DNA from: Paraphysomonas bandaiensis | Lineage: Eukaryota > Protista > Chrysophyceae | Direction of reading: 5' to 3' | Assembly (NCBI GenBank): GCA_965644295.1 | Contig: CBFFRP010000054.1 | Span: forward strand, 1 to 64,000 | DNA: 64,000 nucleotides | Shown here: positions 61,332-64,000 of the stretch, piece by piece | How the letters are laid out: every line of letters starts with the position of its first letter | How positions within the stretch are numbered: position 1 is the first letter of the stretch | Program-made: the position numbers and the translations under genes | The notes under the pieces: model-generated | The model's database searches: none | Told to the model about the DNA's origin: nothing | The model's input: only the letters and a program-made list of their open reading frames with translations

Positions 61332-63612
61332 ATGATGATATTCTTCCCTTTATTTATTGTAATCATTGCAATGATCTTCTATATATATTCCAGTGTATTC
61401 CCTTCTCATGAGGACATCACATGCCATCATATGGATATCATTCCAGTTCAATCAAGTGATGATCTCACTAGATATGGTGAATGTTTTTTTCAAGATAGTT
61501 ATGAAGATTCAAGAAAACAGTTTATTGAGTTATCTCAGGTGAGATGTGTATTATATGATATATATGTGGGTGTAATGAGATATGTAGAGATGTAATGCAA
61601 GTATGTTCGAGTTGCCAGTAACAGACAACTTGATCACTGATGTTTCTATCATTCACGGCTCGGAAGATAGCTATCTCATCCATATATCTGGCACACATGG
61701 TCAGTTCATGTAATGAATTTTAGATGCAATGTTGATGTGCATCTCTGTATTGTGTGACGTTATTTTTTGTTATGAATTCATGCAGGGGTAGAAGGCTTTG
61801 CGGGAAGCGGAATTCAGGTGAGTTTCACAATTACTTATGTTTATCATATGCACTGCAAAATACCAAGTGACAATTATTGATCTATGTTGCATCGTTTGGG
61901 TGCGTGTAAGTGTACTCAGTATATGTGCAGGCTGCAATGCTGTATATACTCTCGCAAAATCCAGCGAAGTACACTGGACCGACTTTGGTGTTTGTACATG
62001 CTCTAAATCCTTATGGATTTGCACACAAGAGGAGGTTTAACGAAGAGAACATTGACCTCAACAGGTATTATACAATTTGCTCAATGTCCAGACGTTTTAA
62101 CAAAAATTGAATAGGAACTTTATGACTGATGCTCAGTTTGAAGGTGTCAAAAAAAGAGATCCTGATTTTGCAGGATATATAAAACTTTCGGATTACTTCA
62201 ACCCACCATTTAAACCTCATGACTTAAATGTCTTGAATTATATCCAGACGTCACTCAATTTGCTTGTGTCATGTGAGACGCTGTTGTTTGCCGCATAGGG
62301 TTCGCAATAATATAATATATAGATGTAAAGCACAGCCCAGCTTATGTTAAAGCGGCTCTCATTTCAGGGAACTATCACACTCCTAAAGGTGTGCAAGTAT
62401 TATGTATTTTATTTGTTATTTCTCGTAGTTACCGTTCTGTGATATTGCTTAGGCCTTTTCTTTGGAGGAGAGGGTCGAACGAAATCCATTGTAAATCTTT
62501 TAAGTTTCCTCTTTAACAACAGCGAAATAACTGGGCTTAATTTTGATGGAATTAAGAAGATGGTCATGATCGACGTGCATACTGGCTTGGGGCCAATAGG
62601 TGAAGCAGAATCATTGGCAGATATGTGAATGATTAGCACCTTTACTCCATGTGAAATTGGATTATCTCTTTGGAAGAATAATGTGGTATATTCAGGTGTG
62701 GACACTTTTTTGCCTCATCTGGGTGATTCGAACAGCGCCGAAGTAATCGAAGCAGTTTTTCCTACAGGTACGAATACGCACGTACACAGTTCATGCATTA
62801 TTGCTTGAGTTCACATCTTCTTAGAATACGCTTCTGGCTCGTCGCGGACTGAGACAGGAGCCATTAAACCCTGGTTGTCAGGTATGATTGGGTTTCCTGT
62901 TCTAGATGCATTCATTCAGTAAATTATTCTTCATTGTTCCCTGTGACCTGACATGTTATCAGCTAATGCCAAGGCTGTGGATGCGGGTTATGAGTTCTCC
63001 ACTGGATTCTCCACTGAGTACTTCGGGTAGGATTCATGATAACTTGTATACCGCGAACGTGTATCCGCTGTCGTCATATGTGGTACTGAGATAGATTAAT
63101 ATTTTTGCGGAAATTGCAGCACCGAAGTTCGGCCTGATCTGAACTCTTCTTCTCGAGTTAACATTGTGCAGGTTAGATATTAGCTGGTGTATGCGGTGTG
63201 CTATTTTGAATATATCATCTGCATGCATTTGTTCTTATATTCATTGTCACTGCAGGAGTTTGGAACTTATCCTGCGGTGCTTGTTGGAATGGTATTTATA
63301 GACTGGTATCTAGTAGTGTATGTGTCACAAGGAGGTTTTAGGGACTCGTGTTGGAGAATCAGGCCTTTCAATACGGAACGCTGGAGTGAGTCTGTTAGTC
63401 GTAGTTTTGTTTAGACGTAATCGTCTTCGTAGGCAGCGTGAGTTTTATGGCAATCGATTAAAGAATTTGTTCTACGTGAAAAACAAGAAATGGACACGCT
63501 CAGTGAGTCGGAGAGGAGTCACTGTTATCCAACAGGTGAGTAAAATAACTTATGGGGTTTTAAGTAATGTACTTTCCTCTTTGTGCAGGCGATGAGATTT
63601 TTGGAATCGTAA
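61332..63612 (+). CDS. DUF2817 / M14-like zinc metallopeptidase-fold protein with signal anchor
   Basis: Spliced motifs ISGTHGVEGFAGS, VHALNPYGF..RRFNEENIDLNRNF, IDVHTGLGP and QEFGT; roughly 14 short introns. Confidence 0.85.
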
Positions 63613-64000
63613 GCCTCATCGCATGTACGCCACGTAACATTTCTAACACGGCTGTTTCTGAAGTTTTTTTTCCTACCTAATACTTATGTTATGTATCAAC
63701 TATAAAGCAGTTGTAATTTATATAAAATATCTATACGTCACTTTAATTGTTTTTCATTGCGTTGTGCAATCACCAGGTACCAGAATTAGTATTCTACGAA
63801 AACAGGATAATATTTCAAATTATTTCACAGGACTCCTTTTTTCATTTTCACTACTGAAAATTACGAATAAAGTGTTCAGCATCCAGCACGCGCAGATAAG
63901 AAGTGTATGACAGCTAGAACGGAACGTAATGTATACAGAGTGTATAGTGACCATAAAAAACTCAATGGAAAAAACATTGCGAATAAGTTAGATGACCATG

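Overview
Gene-dense eukaryotic nuclear DNA with short (about 45-55 nt) GT-AG introns. It is most likely a stramenopile, possibly a chrysophyte; this is inferred from a bZIP-PAS factor and an HCF101 protein with a mitochondrial-type presequence. About 22 protein genes are supported: CLC anion transporter, bZIP-PAS, GST-like protein, PH-domain sterol glucosyltransferase, SHI/LRP1-like zinc finger, double-domain AAA+ ATPase, rhomboid, TYW1, cyclophilin, HCF101, PH protein, DHHC-family acyltransferase, adenylate kinase, DUF2817/M14-like protein and several hypotheticals. Twenty of them sit in head-to-head pairs, with retroelement debris concentrated in the tail-to-tail gaps. Non-coding features are a solitary 5S rRNA gene, eight fragments of two related non-LTR retroelement families sharing a 3' stem-loop, small MITE-like hairpins, mini/microsatellites, a Crinkler-like nuclease pseudogene and a decayed Ty1/copia element. 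The most unusual structure is at 43.0-47.3 kb. There the copia remnant carries an integrase fold-back nested inside a second inverted repeat made from the neighbouring cyclophilin 3' flank, a candidate host-driven hairpin-RNA/siRNA locus. All exon boundaries and alignments were done by eye and no database search was run.
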